NCBI GenBank assembly: GCA_021811615.1
Contig: JAJZNW010000037.1
Span: 13,623-77,622 of the forward strand
Length of the DNA stretch: 64,000 nt
Source of the DNA: Bacteroidota bacterium
Lineage (GTDB): Bacteria; Bacteroidota; Ignavibacteria; Kryptoniales; JAKASW01
Direction of reading: 5' to 3'
Position numbers and translations under genes: made by a program. Below, piece after piece: positions 44,483 through 54,207 of this stretch (position 1 is the first letter of the stretch; each line of letters starts with the position of its first letter). The notes under the pieces are model-generated. The model did not search any database. It saw only the letters and a program-made list of their open reading frames with translations, and was not told where the DNA came from.

Positions 44483-44971
44483 TTACCTGAGTTTTATGAT
44501 CGTCTGGTCCTTTTCGACGATTTCCCCTTCATGGACCAGCACTTCCGCGACTTCCGAGTCTGAGGCCGTCCGTATCTCATTTTCCATCTTCATCGCTTCC
44601 AGGATAATGAGCTTTGCCCCTTTCTTCACTTTTTCTCCGCCGGTAACCATTATTTTGACCACGAGCCCCGGCATCGGCGCTTTGATTTCCGAGTGAGCGT
44701 GCCGCGCCGGCCCGCCGGACTCAAGTCTCCCGAGTAAAATATCGCGATCGCTAAGGACCTCCATCCGCCTTGCTTCATTGGAAAGAAGCAATTCCACTCC
44801 CTCGCCGCTCTCCGAATAGATAATCTCCTCGACCGAATCACCCATCTTTACCAGGAGCCTGTCCTTTTCCCGGCGAATCACTTCATATTTCAGTTCCCTG
44901 CCGTCAACAAATATCTTCCGTCCCTCTATCTTGAAGCTTACGGTCTTGCCGCCGATCGTAATTGCCGGCAT
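44483..44971 (-). CDS. Biotin carboxyl carrier protein-like (biotinyl domain)
   Basis: 162 aa. C-terminal biotinyl domain with IKAPMPG and the biotin-lysine motif LEAMKMENEI. Its start shares nt 44971 with the biotin carboxylase stop. Confidence 0.8.
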   Translation of the reverse strand: MPAITIGGKTVSFKIEGRKIFVDGRELKYEVIRREKDRLLVKMGDSVEEIIYSESGEGVELLLSNEARRMEVLSDRDILLGRLESGGPARHAHSEIKAPMPGLVVKIMVTGGEKVKKGAKLIILEAMKMENEIRTASDSEVAEVLVHEGEIVEKDQTIIKLR

Positions 44972-46485
44972 CAGCGTTCAAACCTCCCATCCATCCATCC
45001 GGAATGTGATCGCTTCTCACCTTCCTTTCGGGGTTGAAATGAGGAACGGTCTCTATCGAGCAGCTGCGTGGCCGCGACGACAAGGGCCCTATCGAGCGCT
45101 TCCTGACTCAGGGAACTTGGATCCATATCGTCCACTTTCCAGTTTTCCTGGACGAAGTGAGTCGAATATTTGCCCGATCGAAATGGTGCACTCTTCATGA
45201 CAAAAGTGCAAAAGGGGATCGTGGTCTTGACGCCGGTGATGACGTAATCATCGAGCGCTCTTATCATTTTTTCAATTGCATTTTCGCGCGTATTATCCCA
45301 CACGCTGAGTTTGGCTATCATGGGGTCATAGTAAACCGATATGTCGCTTCCCGCCTCGACGCCCGAGTCGACCCGGATGCCGTTCCCAGCGGGCTCGCGG
45401 AGCGTTTTGAGCGTTCCGGTGTCGGGCAGGAAATTACCATAGACATCCTCCGCATAGATGCGGCATTCTATGGCGTGACCTCTCCTTGTTATCGACTCCT
45501 GGCTCATGGAGATCGCTTCGCCCTCTGCGATCCTTATCTGCTCGCGGACAATGTCCAGGCCGGTTGTAAGTTCGGTGATCGGATGCTCCACCTGCAGCCG
45601 TGTGTTCATCTCCAGGAAATAGTAATTGCCGTCATCTCCTAAAATGAATTCGACTGTGCCAGCGTTTACGTAGCCGCACGCCCTGGCCGCCCCGACGGCG
45701 GATCTACCCATCACCTGACGCAAGGCCGGAGAAAGCGCGAGTGAAGGAGTCTCCTCAACGACCTTCTGGTGACGCCTCTGGATGGAACATTCTCTCTCGA
45801 ACAGATGTACCACGTTGCCATGCAGGTCTGCGAGGATCTGGAACTCGATGTGGCGCGGGCCGAGGATATACTTCTCTATGAAAATTCTTCCGTCTCCAAA
45901 AGCCGATGCGGCTTCCGACTGTGCACCGCGAAGACTCGATTCAAGTTCACTTTCTTCGGTGACCAGCCGCATCCCTTTTCCGCCGCCGCCTGCAGCGGCT
46001 TTCACGAGAACCGGATAACCGATCTGCCCGGCAATGTCGGCAGCCTCTTTGAGATCCGTTACAGCTTCGGCAGTACCCGGGACGACCGGTATGCCGTAGC
46101 CCGCTACGATCTTTCTCGCTTCAGTCTTGTCTCCCATTAGCCTGATGGTTTCGGCGCCCGGCCCTATGAAGATGATCCCGGCCCGCTCGGTCTCGCGCGC
46201 GAACTGAGAGTTTTCAGACAGAAAGCCGTAACCGGGATGAATTGCATCGGCGCCCGATTTCTTCGCAGCAGAAATGATCTTCCCTATATCCAGGTACGTC
46301 TCACGCGCTTCCTTTCCGGTCAAAGAGTATGCCTCGTCGGCGTAGCGCACGAAAGGCATCGAGATGTCGACTTCGGAGTACGCTGCGACAGATCGGATAT
46401 GCATTTCTTTGAGGGTTCGCATTATTCTCAAAGCGATCTCTCCGCGATTGGCCACAAGTACCTTCTGGATTTTCCTGGTTGTCAT
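44971..46485 (-). CDS. accC: Biotin carboxylase (ATP-grasp subunit of a biotin-dependent carboxylase)
   Basis: KVLVANRGEIALRI, GYPVLVKAAAGGGGKGMR, ERECSIQRRHQKVVEE, EMNTRLQVEHPITE. The ATG at 46485 gives the canonical N-terminus; the track start at 46539 is a TTG. About 50 extra C-terminal residues relative to the usual ~450-aa enzyme. Confidence 0.9.
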   Translation of the reverse strand: MTTRKIQKVLVANRGEIALRIMRTLKEMHIRSVAAYSEVDISMPFVRYADEAYSLTGKEARETYLDIGKIISAAKKSGADAIHPGYGFLSENSQFARETERAGIIFIGPGAETIRLMGDKTEARKIVAGYGIPVVPGTAEAVTDLKEAADIAGQIGYPVLVKAAAGGGGKGMRLVTEESELESSLRGAQSEAASAFGDGRIFIEKYILGPRHIEFQILADLHGNVVHLFERECSIQRRHQKVVEETPSLALSPALRQVMGRSAVGAARACGYVNAGTVEFILGDDGNYYFLEMNTRLQVEHPITELTTGLDIVREQIRIAEGEAISMSQESITRRGHAIECRIYAEDVYGNFLPDTGTLKTLREPAGNGIRVDSGVEAGSDISVYYDPMIAKLSVWDNTRENAIEKMIRALDDYVITGVKTTIPFCTFVMKSAPFRSGKYSTHFVQENWKVDDMDPSSLSQEALDRALVVAATQLLDRDRSSFQPRKEGEKRSHSGWMDGRFER

Positions 46486-46535
46486 GGAAATGCTCTCTGT
46501 TAAGATACCGTTAGATATTAGACTTTCGTCCGGTG

Positions 46536-48893
46536 TCAATCGGGCTTAAGCTCGACAATCGTCACTCCCTGTCCACCTTCGCCGAGTTCGCCTGGTCTGA
46601 ACGATGTCGCAAATGGGTGAGTCTTCAGCAGTTCGGCAACGGCCCGACGCAGCGAACCTGTCCCCGTGCCGTGAACGATCTCAACCTGTTTCAAGCCGCC
46701 AAGGTAGGCATCATCCAGGAACTTCTCCACAGAAGCCTGGATTTCATAAGGCCTCATCCCTCGGATATCGAGCTTCGTCTGTGTACCCGAGTGAACTTCA
46801 ATGTTCCGCGACGTATCCCTTACAATCTTTTTCCCCGTACTTTGCAGTTCGCTCTCATGCACGCGCATCTTCAGACCATTTACTTCCACCAGAAGTTCAC
46901 CCTTCTCGTTCGATTTTTCGCGGACTTCACCGGCGAGGAGAGTTCCTTTGATCATCACGCTGTCGCCGACGTTGAACTCCTTCTGTTCCTCCTTTTCCCT
47001 TTCTTTGAGTTTGGAAATGCGCGTTTTCAGTTCGTCAACCTCGGCCCGTGCGCCTTTTATAGATTCCTTTGAAGCCCTCGTTTCGCGAATTTCACGGACA
47101 AGGCCTTCAATCTTCCTGTTCAGATCTCCTACCAGGTTCTCGGAGTCCTCGACGGCCTTCCTCTTTATCTCGATCGCTTCCTTCTTCGCCGAGTGAAGTT
47201 TCTTTTCGTATTCCTGGCGCATAGTCTCGGCGAGTTCCTGCTCCTTTTTTATTTCGGCGACTCTGTCCCGCAGCTCATTCTCCAGGCGTTCCACCCTCAG
47301 AAGAAGCTTCTCAAGCTTATCTCTCCCCTCACCGACGTACTTTCGCGCCCTCTCCACTACCGACGCGGACATGCCGGTACGCTGAGCTATCTCGAACGCA
47401 TAACTCGAACCTGGCCTTCCAAGGACAAGCTTGTAGGTCGGAGTAAGGGTGTTCTGGTCGAACTCCATCGCGGCATTTTGCATGCCGGGAGCTTCGCTTG
47501 CAAAGACCTTGAGTCCGGAATTATGAGTGGTCACGACCGTCATCGTCCCAGCGTCTCTCAATTCTTCAAGCATAGCAGAAGCGAGCGCCGCCCCTTCTGC
47601 CGGCTCCGTCTCCTCGCCGAACTCGTCGACGAGAGCAAGACATTTATCGTCAACTCTTTCGAGTATACCGACGAAATGTTTGATACGGGATGTGAAACTA
47701 CTCAGGTCGTTCTCGATCGATTGCTCATCGCCGATCTCGGTAAAGATCTTCTCGTAAAGGGGGATCTCGGTACCGGGATCGGCGGTAAGCGGGATCGCTG
47801 CGAGGTTGCACAGGACGAAAAGGCCCAGCGTCTTGAGGGTGACTGTTTTCCCGCCGGAGTTCGGTCCGCTTATGATGACGACGCGAGTGGAGTCGTCGAG
47901 GAACATATCGACAGGTATGACTTTTTCCCTTCCCAGTTTAATCGTGAGGAGCGGGTGTCTTGCCTTTACAAGCCTCGGCACGGCAACCGCGCCAACCTCC
48001 GGGACGATCGCGCCGGATCTCATCGCATAGCTGCCACGCGCGTAAAGGCTGTCGAGATGCGAAAGGACCTCCACATCCTGGACAAGCTTCGTGACTACTT
48101 CCCGAATTCTACCTGTAAGCTCATGCAGGATCTTCTCGATCTCCCGCTGCTCCTCGAACTGGAGTGATATCACTTCGTTATTCAGATCAACCGCTTCCGA
48201 CGGCTCGATGAAGACGGTTTGCCCGGTTGCACTTGCACCGTGAATCAAGCCCGGCAGTTGCCGCTTGTATTCTGCTTTTACCGGCAGGACGAGTCTGCCG
48301 TCGCGCTGTGTGAAAATATCGTCCTCGGAATATTCCATATCAGAATACGACCGGGCAATGGTCATTATCTTCTTGCGAAGCGTCGCCCTGGTCCGGTTCA
48401 GGCCCATCCTGATCTTGTGCAGCTCTTTGCTCGCATCGTCACGTATATTTCCCTCTTCATCCACACCCCTGTTTATATTGAATTCGAGGACGGTATCGGG
48501 GTACAGTTGATATGCGAGCTGCGATATTTCCTGCAAATCGTTCTTCTGCTTGAGAAGCGATTTCCTTACCCCGTCGACGACGTGCAGCAGCACGGATATC
48601 ACACGGAGTTCTTTGCCCTGCAGGTAACTTCCTTCTTTCGCGGCGTGCGCGAGGGACGGTCTCGCGTCCTTTGCCCCGGTCAAGTCCGGGAAAATATTCC
48701 GCACGGCGAGCGAATGAGCCTGGTCGACAAGCCGGTACTCCTTTTCGAGTCCGACCTTCGAACTGAACAGTGGAATGGAATCGAGGTACTTCTCGCCCAG
48801 CTCTGTCTGACAAAGCCCTTTCAGGTATGAAATCAACCGGGGAAATTCAAGTTTCTCGATGGAGCGGGCGAGCTCCGGGTCGCGTTCTATCAT
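46536..48893 (-). CDS. mutS2: Endonuclease MutS2 (MutS ATPase core + C-terminal Smr domain)
   Basis: Walker A ISGPNSGGKTVTLKT, DEFGEETEP, long coiled-coil region, and Smr domain LDIRGMRPYE...VEIVHGTGTGSLRRAV. Confidence 0.9.
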   Translation of the reverse strand: MIERDPELARSIEKLEFPRLISYLKGLCQTELGEKYLDSIPLFSSKVGLEKEYRLVDQAHSLAVRNIFPDLTGAKDARPSLAHAAKEGSYLQGKELRVISVLLHVVDGVRKSLLKQKNDLQEISQLAYQLYPDTVLEFNINRGVDEEGNIRDDASKELHKIRMGLNRTRATLRKKIMTIARSYSDMEYSEDDIFTQRDGRLVLPVKAEYKRQLPGLIHGASATGQTVFIEPSEAVDLNNEVISLQFEEQREIEKILHELTGRIREVVTKLVQDVEVLSHLDSLYARGSYAMRSGAIVPEVGAVAVPRLVKARHPLLTIKLGREKVIPVDMFLDDSTRVVIISGPNSGGKTVTLKTLGLFVLCNLAAIPLTADPGTEIPLYEKIFTEIGDEQSIENDLSSFTSRIKHFVGILERVDDKCLALVDEFGEETEPAEGAALASAMLEELRDAGTMTVVTTHNSGLKVFASEAPGMQNAAMEFDQNTLTPTYKLVLGRPGSSYAFEIAQRTGMSASVVERARKYVGEGRDKLEKLLLRVERLENELRDRVAEIKKEQELAETMRQEYEKKLHSAKKEAIEIKRKAVEDSENLVGDLNRKIEGLVREIRETRASKESIKGARAEVDELKTRISKLKEREKEEQKEFNVGDSVMIKGTLLAGEVREKSNEKGELLVEVNGLKMRVHESELQSTGKKIVRDTSRNIEVHSGTQTKLDIRGMRPYEIQASVEKFLDDAYLGGLKQVEIVHGTGTGSLRRAVAELLKTHPFATSFRPGELGEGGQGVTIVELKPD

Positions 48894-49406
48894 CTACGAA
48901 TGCTTCGAAAAGAAGAACTTATCGAGATAGTGCTCCGAAGTCTTCTTCGAAATGAATGTCTTGTAGACGTTGGGGGCAAATCCTCTTATGGGACCGTACA
49001 TGAATGACTTGTTCAGCGTCGGACCGGGCGAAGGTATTTTGAAGAAACCAAGGACAACGAGAAGCAGGCTGAGAATCAAGGCGCCTTCGAGAAAACCGAA
49101 CAGAGCTCCTCCCAGTTTATCGACCAGCTGAAGTATTGAAACCTTCTTAAGCCCCTTGGCGATCACCCCGCTTATCACGAAGAGGATAATGAATATTGCC
49201 GCTATCACGATGACGCCGCAGATGGTAGTTCCGAAACCGATAAGTCTTGCCAAATACTCCGCCGCTTCCCCGCCATACTTCGCCGACAGGACTATTCCGC
49301 CGAGGAGTGCCGCAAGGGAAAGCACTTTCGCAAAAAGTCCTTTCGCAAATCCATTTACGGTAAATGCGACGAGCGCTACTATTAGAATAACGTCAATGCC
49401 GGTCAT
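48894..49406 (-). CDS. cvpA: CvpA-family membrane protein
   Basis: 170 aa with four TM helices. CvpA-like N-terminus IDVILIVALVAFTVNGFAKGL. Directly abuts the mutS2 start. Confidence 0.75.
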   Translation of the reverse strand: MTGIDVILIVALVAFTVNGFAKGLFAKVLSLAALLGGIVLSAKYGGEAAEYLARLIGFGTTICGVIVIAAIFIILFVISGVIAKGLKKVSILQLVDKLGGALFGFLEGALILSLLLVVLGFFKIPSPGPTLNKSFMYGPIRGFAPNVYKTFISKKTSEHYLDKFFFSKHS

Positions 49407-49855
49407 CCGAGTCTCGCCTTAACAATATCCTGAACCATCTTCCCATCGGCCTTTCCGCGTAATTCTTTCATAGCCGCCCCCATAAGCTTTCCGAAATCCT
49501 TTTGTCCCTCGACGCCCATATTCGAAGCGAGTTCATCGACAATTTTCACGATGTCGTCCCTGCTCATCTGCTTCGGCAGGTACTCCTGGATGATTTCAAG
49601 CTCTGCGCGTTCTTTGTCCGCGAGATCCTTCCTCCCTGCTTTGTCGAATTCCTCTATCGCTTCCTTTCGCATCTTTGCAGAACTGATAAGCACTTGCATC
49701 TCGTCTTCCGCAGTCATCCCTTCGGTGGTAACACGCTTTTCAACTTCTTTTTCGAGGAGCTTCGCCTTCACCATCCTCAGGGTCTCGAGACGTTGCGTCT
49801 CTCTCTTCAACATGGCGTTCTTGATATCGTTGTTGATTGTCTCTTTCAAACTCAT
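49403..49855 (-). CDS. GatB/YqeY-domain protein
   Basis: MSLKETINNDIKNAMLKRETQRLETLRMVKAKL plus the C-terminal GKADGKMVQDIVKARL are typical of YqeY. The ATG at 49855 forms TGATG with the SDR stop, so the 19-codon upstream extension is rejected. Confidence 0.8.
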   Translation of the reverse strand: MSLKETINNDIKNAMLKRETQRLETLRMVKAKLLEKEVEKRVTTEGMTAEDEMQVLISSAKMRKEAIEEFDKAGRKDLADKERAELEIIQEYLPKQMSRDDIVKIVDELASNMGVEGQKDFGKLMGAAMKELRGKADGKMVQDIVKARLG

Positions 49856-50562
49856 CACATTTTTCCCGGGAATTTTAGTACGGTATCGTTTATTGAATGG
49901 CCGGCGCCACACAGGAAGAGTGCAGCCTCGACAATCTCCTCAGTCCCGACCCATTGAGCGGGATCGGCGCCCTGCAACCACTTCCTGTTTTTCTCGGTGT
50001 CGATTGTCGAAGGAGCGATGGCGAAGACCGATATTCCGGAATCTTTGTACTCTTCGGCCGCGGCCCTTGAGAGGGCAAGCACTGCGGACTTCGACGCCGC
50101 ATAAACGGAGTTCCCCGCTCCTGATCCGAACACTTGCATGGAAATGAAGTTGATGATCCTCCCGAACCTTCCTTCCACCATTGCCGGAATCACCGCCGAC
50201 ATAATGTTGAAAGCAGGAATGAGATCTATCGAAATCATTTTTTCGAGGTCGTCCGAGGAATGTTCGTGGAGTTTCTTACCGCCCACCCAGCCGCCGAGTG
50301 AATTGAGAAGGAAATCTACTCCTCCGAATCTCTCTTCAACCGACGCCACGGCTCTCTTCGCCTGAGACGCATTGGCGAGATCGGCCTGGACGGAATCGTA
50401 AACGGCAGAGAAGTCAGAGAACGTCCTGTCCAAGTCTGCTTTCCTGGCGGGATTTCTATAGATGAAAGCAACGTTCGCACCCGCACGGAGAAATCCTCGG
50501 GCAAGCTCCTTTCCGACAGCTCCCCCGGTTACCAAAGCTACTTTACCGGATAGACTGGCCAT
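49855..50562 (-). CDS. Short-chain dehydrogenase/reductase (SDR)
   Basis: GKVALVTGGAVGKELA cofactor loop (atypical relative to TGxxxGIG), NSLGG, and catalytic YAASKSAV (YxxxK). Confidence 0.8.
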   Translation of the reverse strand: MASLSGKVALVTGGAVGKELARGFLRAGANVAFIYRNPARKADLDRTFSDFSAVYDSVQADLANASQAKRAVASVEERFGGVDFLLNSLGGWVGGKKLHEHSSDDLEKMISIDLIPAFNIMSAVIPAMVEGRFGRIINFISMQVFGSGAGNSVYAASKSAVLALSRAAAEEYKDSGISVFAIAPSTIDTEKNRKWLQGADPAQWVGTEEIVEAALFLCGAGHSINDTVLKFPGKM

Positions 50563-51049
50563 ATGCTGAATTTATTTTCAGACCGGTTAAAAAGCAAAGA
50601 TGCCGACGCCTGTAAATCGACCGCCTTGAGAAAACTCCAAATCCGTGCGGATGAAACGAAGAGGGTCCGGGATCGTCCCGGACCAGGAGCCGTCCATCTT
50701 TCCGGAGGGCTTTTCCAACGTGATGCCCGGCATTTCCGAGCACCACTGCTACGGACTGCATCGCTTGTCAGATTCATTTTCGATTCACAGAATCCGAAGC
50801 GCCAAGTCGCTGGTTTTTGTCAAACAAGGGATCGTCGGGCCAAACAATTGTTATTAACTTCCGGTTTAGTAAATTTAGAATACAAGCAAACATCCGAGTA
50901 GTATTCAATCGCACCATTGAGTAGTAAAATTCACATCAAGCGCAAAGCTTACGTTTGGCAAACGCCACATTGTTTCGCCAAACACTTCAGCTGTCTTCCC
51001 CGAGGCATCACCTCAAATTCATATACAACCAACAATGGAAGGACATCGC

Positions 51050-53116
51050 ATGAACACAATTCGTGCAGCACTACTACTCCTGATGGTGAGCTTTTTCCTC
51101 ATTCTACCAACGAAAGGCTCTCAAATCATGGCGCAGAATAAGTCAACCGGTACGGCGATTCCACCGCTCGACCCGGCAAACATGGACACATCGGTCAACC
51201 CGGCATCGAACTTCTACGAGTACGCCAACGGTGGGTGGCTAAAAAAGAACCCGATTCCGGCGGCTTACAGCAGATGGGGAAGCTTCTCCGAGCTCTACGA
51301 CCGCAATCTCGACATACTCCATTCGATAGCCGAAAAATCGGCCGCAGATAATAACGCAGCTAAAGGGAGCGACACGCAACTCGTGGGCGATTTTTATTTC
51401 TGCGGTATGGATACTTCGGCTATCGACAGAGATGGTATCGGCCCCATCGAGCCGTACCTCAGGGAGATCGATGCAATCAAGGACAAGTCCGAGCTGCAGT
51501 CTACACTGGAGAAGCTTCAACGAAAAGGCGTAAACGTCCTGTTTTATTTCACTTCACAGCAGGACCTCAAGAACAGTGAAATGATGATCGCCACCATATT
51601 CCAGGGAGGTCTGAGTTTGCCGGATCGGGATTACTACACCAAAACCGACAAGCAGTCCAAAGAGATCCTGAGCGATTACGATATTTACATGAAGAAGATG
51701 TTTTCGCTATTGGGCGAGAACAAAAAAGTCGCTTCGGTAAACGCCGGCATAGTCTCAAGGATGGAGACGCGGCTCGCGAAAGCCTCGATGACGCGGGTAG
51801 AAATGCGTGATCCAAAGGCGATCTATAACATGATGTCCGTAGCGAAACTCGGTTCACTCGCCCCCGGGCTCTCCTGGAAATCCTACCTCAGGTATTTCAA
51901 CCTGTCCGGGGTAAAAAGTGTGAACGTCGCGCAGCCGAAGTTCATGAAGGTAGCCGGGGCCATGCTCAGGTCGGTCTCGCTCAAGGACTGGAAAGTCTAT
52001 CTCAAGTGGCACCTCGTGAATTCGATGGCACCATATCTTAGTAAGGAATTCGTAGATGAGCATTTCCATTTCTATGGTACTGTGTTGACGGGCGCGAAGG
52101 AGCTGCAACCGAGATGGAAGAGAGTTCTGCAGAGAGTCGATCAGCAGGTAGGCTTCGCACTCGGAAGACTCTACGTTGCCGATCATTTTTCACCCAAGGC
52201 CAAGGCAAGGGCGGAGGAAATGGTTCACAACCTCGAGGCCGCATTCGCTCAACGGATCAAGGGCCTGGACTGGATGAGTGAGAAGACCAAGAAGCAGGCG
52301 CTGATTAAGCTCAAGGCGATCGTGAACAAGATCGGCTATCCGGACAAATGGAAAAGCTACAAAGGACTGGACATCGACCGCGGCCCCTACGTTTTGAATG
52401 TCATGCGCGCGAACGAGTTCAACTTCGATTACGAAATAAACAAGGTAGGCAAGAAAGTCGACAGGACGGAATGGCAGATGACTCCCCCGACGGTTAACGC
52501 CTATTACGATCCTTCAATGAACGAGATCGTTTTCCCGGCAGGCATACTTCAGCCTCCATTTTTCAACCCTGATGCCGATGACGCGGTGAACTACGGCGGA
52601 ATGGGCGCCGTCATTGGTCACGAAATGACGCACGGTTTCGACGACCAGGGAAGCCAGTTCGACGCCAGTGGAAATCTGAAGGACTGGTGGAGCAAAGCGG
52701 ACGCCGCCAATTTCAAGAAGAAAGCCGAAGTCCTGGTGAAGCAATTCGACTCCTACACCGTTCTGGATTCCCTTCAAGTGAACGGTAATCTTACCGAGGG
52801 TGAGAACATCGCCGATCTCGGTGGAGTATCGATCGCGTTCCAGGCATTCGAGAATACTCTGAAGGGAAAGTCTCGTCCGGGAAAGATAGACGGTTTCACC
52901 CCGGAGCAGCGTTTCTTCCTGGCATGGGCACAGATGTGGCGCGAGAACGACAGGCCGCAGGCGTTGCGTCAGCGGCTGATAGTCGATCCTCACTCACCCA
53001 ACGAGTTCAGGTGCAACGGCCCTCTGTCCGACTTCCCTCCGTTCTACGAAGCGTTCGGCGTGAAGCCGGGCGATTCAATGTACAGAGCTGACAGCGTCAG
53101 GGCTAAGATCTGGTAA
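51050..53116 (+). CDS. M13-family zinc metallopeptidase (neprilysin/PepO-like)
   Basis: Signal peptide from the ATG at 51050, with GGAAGGA 6 nt upstream. Zinc motif VIGHEMTHGFD and third ligand GENIADLGG. C-terminal CNGPLS...FYEAF...W is typical of M13. Confidence 0.9.
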   Translation: MNTIRAALLLLMVSFFLILPTKGSQIMAQNKSTGTAIPPLDPANMDTSVNPASNFYEYANGGWLKKNPIPAAYSRWGSFSELYDRNLDILHSIAEKSAADNNAAKGSDTQLVGDFYFCGMDTSAIDRDGIGPIEPYLREIDAIKDKSELQSTLEKLQRKGVNVLFYFTSQQDLKNSEMMIATIFQGGLSLPDRDYYTKTDKQSKEILSDYDIYMKKMFSLLGENKKVASVNAGIVSRMETRLAKASMTRVEMRDPKAIYNMMSVAKLGSLAPGLSWKSYLRYFNLSGVKSVNVAQPKFMKVAGAMLRSVSLKDWKVYLKWHLVNSMAPYLSKEFVDEHFHFYGTVLTGAKELQPRWKRVLQRVDQQVGFALGRLYVADHFSPKAKARAEEMVHNLEAAFAQRIKGLDWMSEKTKKQALIKLKAIVNKIGYPDKWKSYKGLDIDRGPYVLNVMRANEFNFDYEINKVGKKVDRTEWQMTPPTVNAYYDPSMNEIVFPAGILQPPFFNPDADDAVNYGGMGAVIGHEMTHGFDDQGSQFDASGNLKDWWSKADAANFKKKAEVLVKQFDSYTVLDSLQVNGNLTEGENIADLGGVSIAFQAFENTLKGKSRPGKIDGFTPEQRFFLAWAQMWRENDRPQALRQRLIVDPHSPNEFRCNGPLSDFPPFYEAFGVKPGDSMYRADSVRAKIW

Positions 53117-53186
53117 AGTTCGAAGCAAGTGACCGTCACCGGCGCAGCTTTCAGCAGCGTTGGTGGCGGCCACAATTGCGACAGCC

Positions 53187-54182
53187 CTATCTTACCACTT
53201 CCCCGACAACGAACGCCTTCTCGTGCATCTTCTTAAGATATTTCAGAAGTGCGTCCGCTTCATCCGACGGGACTATCAAAATGAGACCTACTCCCATGTT
53301 CAAAGCCCTTCTGGCATCGTTTTCCGGGACATCGCCAATCGTCTGAATCAACCGGAAGATCGGAGGCACTTCCCAATTTTCCCAGAACACTTTGAATTTC
53401 CTTGGCTCGCGTATGACCCTGACGGTATTTCCTTCGATTCCGCCGCCGGTGACGTGTACCATACCTCGAACGCTGAACTTCTTCGACGCGGATTGCATGA
53501 TTCTCAAATACGACCGGTGCGTCCTGAGCAATGCTTCGCCCGCACTGGTGCGTAACTCGGGCACATAGCTGTCGACGCCGTATTGCGACAGGATTGTCTT
53601 CCTGGCTAGCGAATAGCCGTTCGTGTGGAGGCCTGTCGAAGCTATGCCGATAAGTACGTCGCCCTTCCTGGCTTTCTTTCCGTCGATAACCTTTGCTTTG
53701 TCGACGACACCTACAATTGTCCCGGCAAGGTCGTAATCATTGTCCGAATAGACGCCCGGCATCTCAGCGGTCTCTCCGCCGATAAGAGCCACGCCGTTTT
53801 CTTTGCATGCCTTGGAGAGACCTTTCACTACGTCGCCGGCCACTGCCGCATTCAATCTTCCACATGCATAGTAGTCGAGGAAGAAGAGGGGTGCCGCGCC
53901 GCCCACACCGATATCGTTCACGCAGTGGTTGACAAGATCCTGTCCGATCGTGTCGTGTTTATCCATCTCTATTGCGATCTTCACTTTAGTCCCGACGCCA
54001 TCGACACTTGAAACGAGCACCGGATTTTTGTAACCGGGGAATTTAGCGTCGAAGAATCCGCCGAAGAATCCTATTTCTGACAGCACGTTTTTGCTGAAGG
54101 TCTGTTTCGCAAGCGGCTTGATCTTCCTTACAAGTTTGTCTGCTTCGTCGATATTCACGCCGCTCTGCTTATAAGTTATCAT
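53187..54182 (-). CDS. purM: Phosphoribosylformylglycinamidine cyclo-ligase (AIR synthetase)
   Basis: YKQSGVNIDEA, SSVDGVGTKVKIA, DLVNHCVNDI and GGETAEMPG motifs; 331 aa. Confidence 0.9.
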   Translation of the reverse strand: MITYKQSGVNIDEADKLVRKIKPLAKQTFSKNVLSEIGFFGGFFDAKFPGYKNPVLVSSVDGVGTKVKIAIEMDKHDTIGQDLVNHCVNDIGVGGAAPLFFLDYYACGRLNAAVAGDVVKGLSKACKENGVALIGGETAEMPGVYSDNDYDLAGTIVGVVDKAKVIDGKKARKGDVLIGIASTGLHTNGYSLARKTILSQYGVDSYVPELRTSAGEALLRTHRSYLRIMQSASKKFSVRGMVHVTGGGIEGNTVRVIREPRKFKVFWENWEVPPIFRLIQTIGDVPENDARRALNMGVGLILIVPSDEADALLKYLKKMHEKAFVVGEVVR

Positions 54183-54207
54183 TAAGAATTGCTCCGTTAG
54201 GTATTAG

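Noticed and set aside
44118-44696. 192-aa plus-strand ORF bridging the ORF-free region and the BCCP gene
   Set aside because: Its 3' third is antisense to the biotinyl-domain gene. It is low-complexity and Ser-rich, with no RBS.
47193-48167. 324-aa plus-strand ORF (and neighbours at 46533-47072 and 48219-48830) inside mutS2
   Set aside because: They are antisense shadows of the strongly supported MutS2 frame and are low-complexity with no motifs.
50953-50983. Sigma54-like TGGCA...TTG string within the palindrome upstream of the M13 peptidase
   Set aside because: The spacing between the GG and the downstream element is 3 nt too long, and the -12 GC is missing (TTGT, not TTGC).
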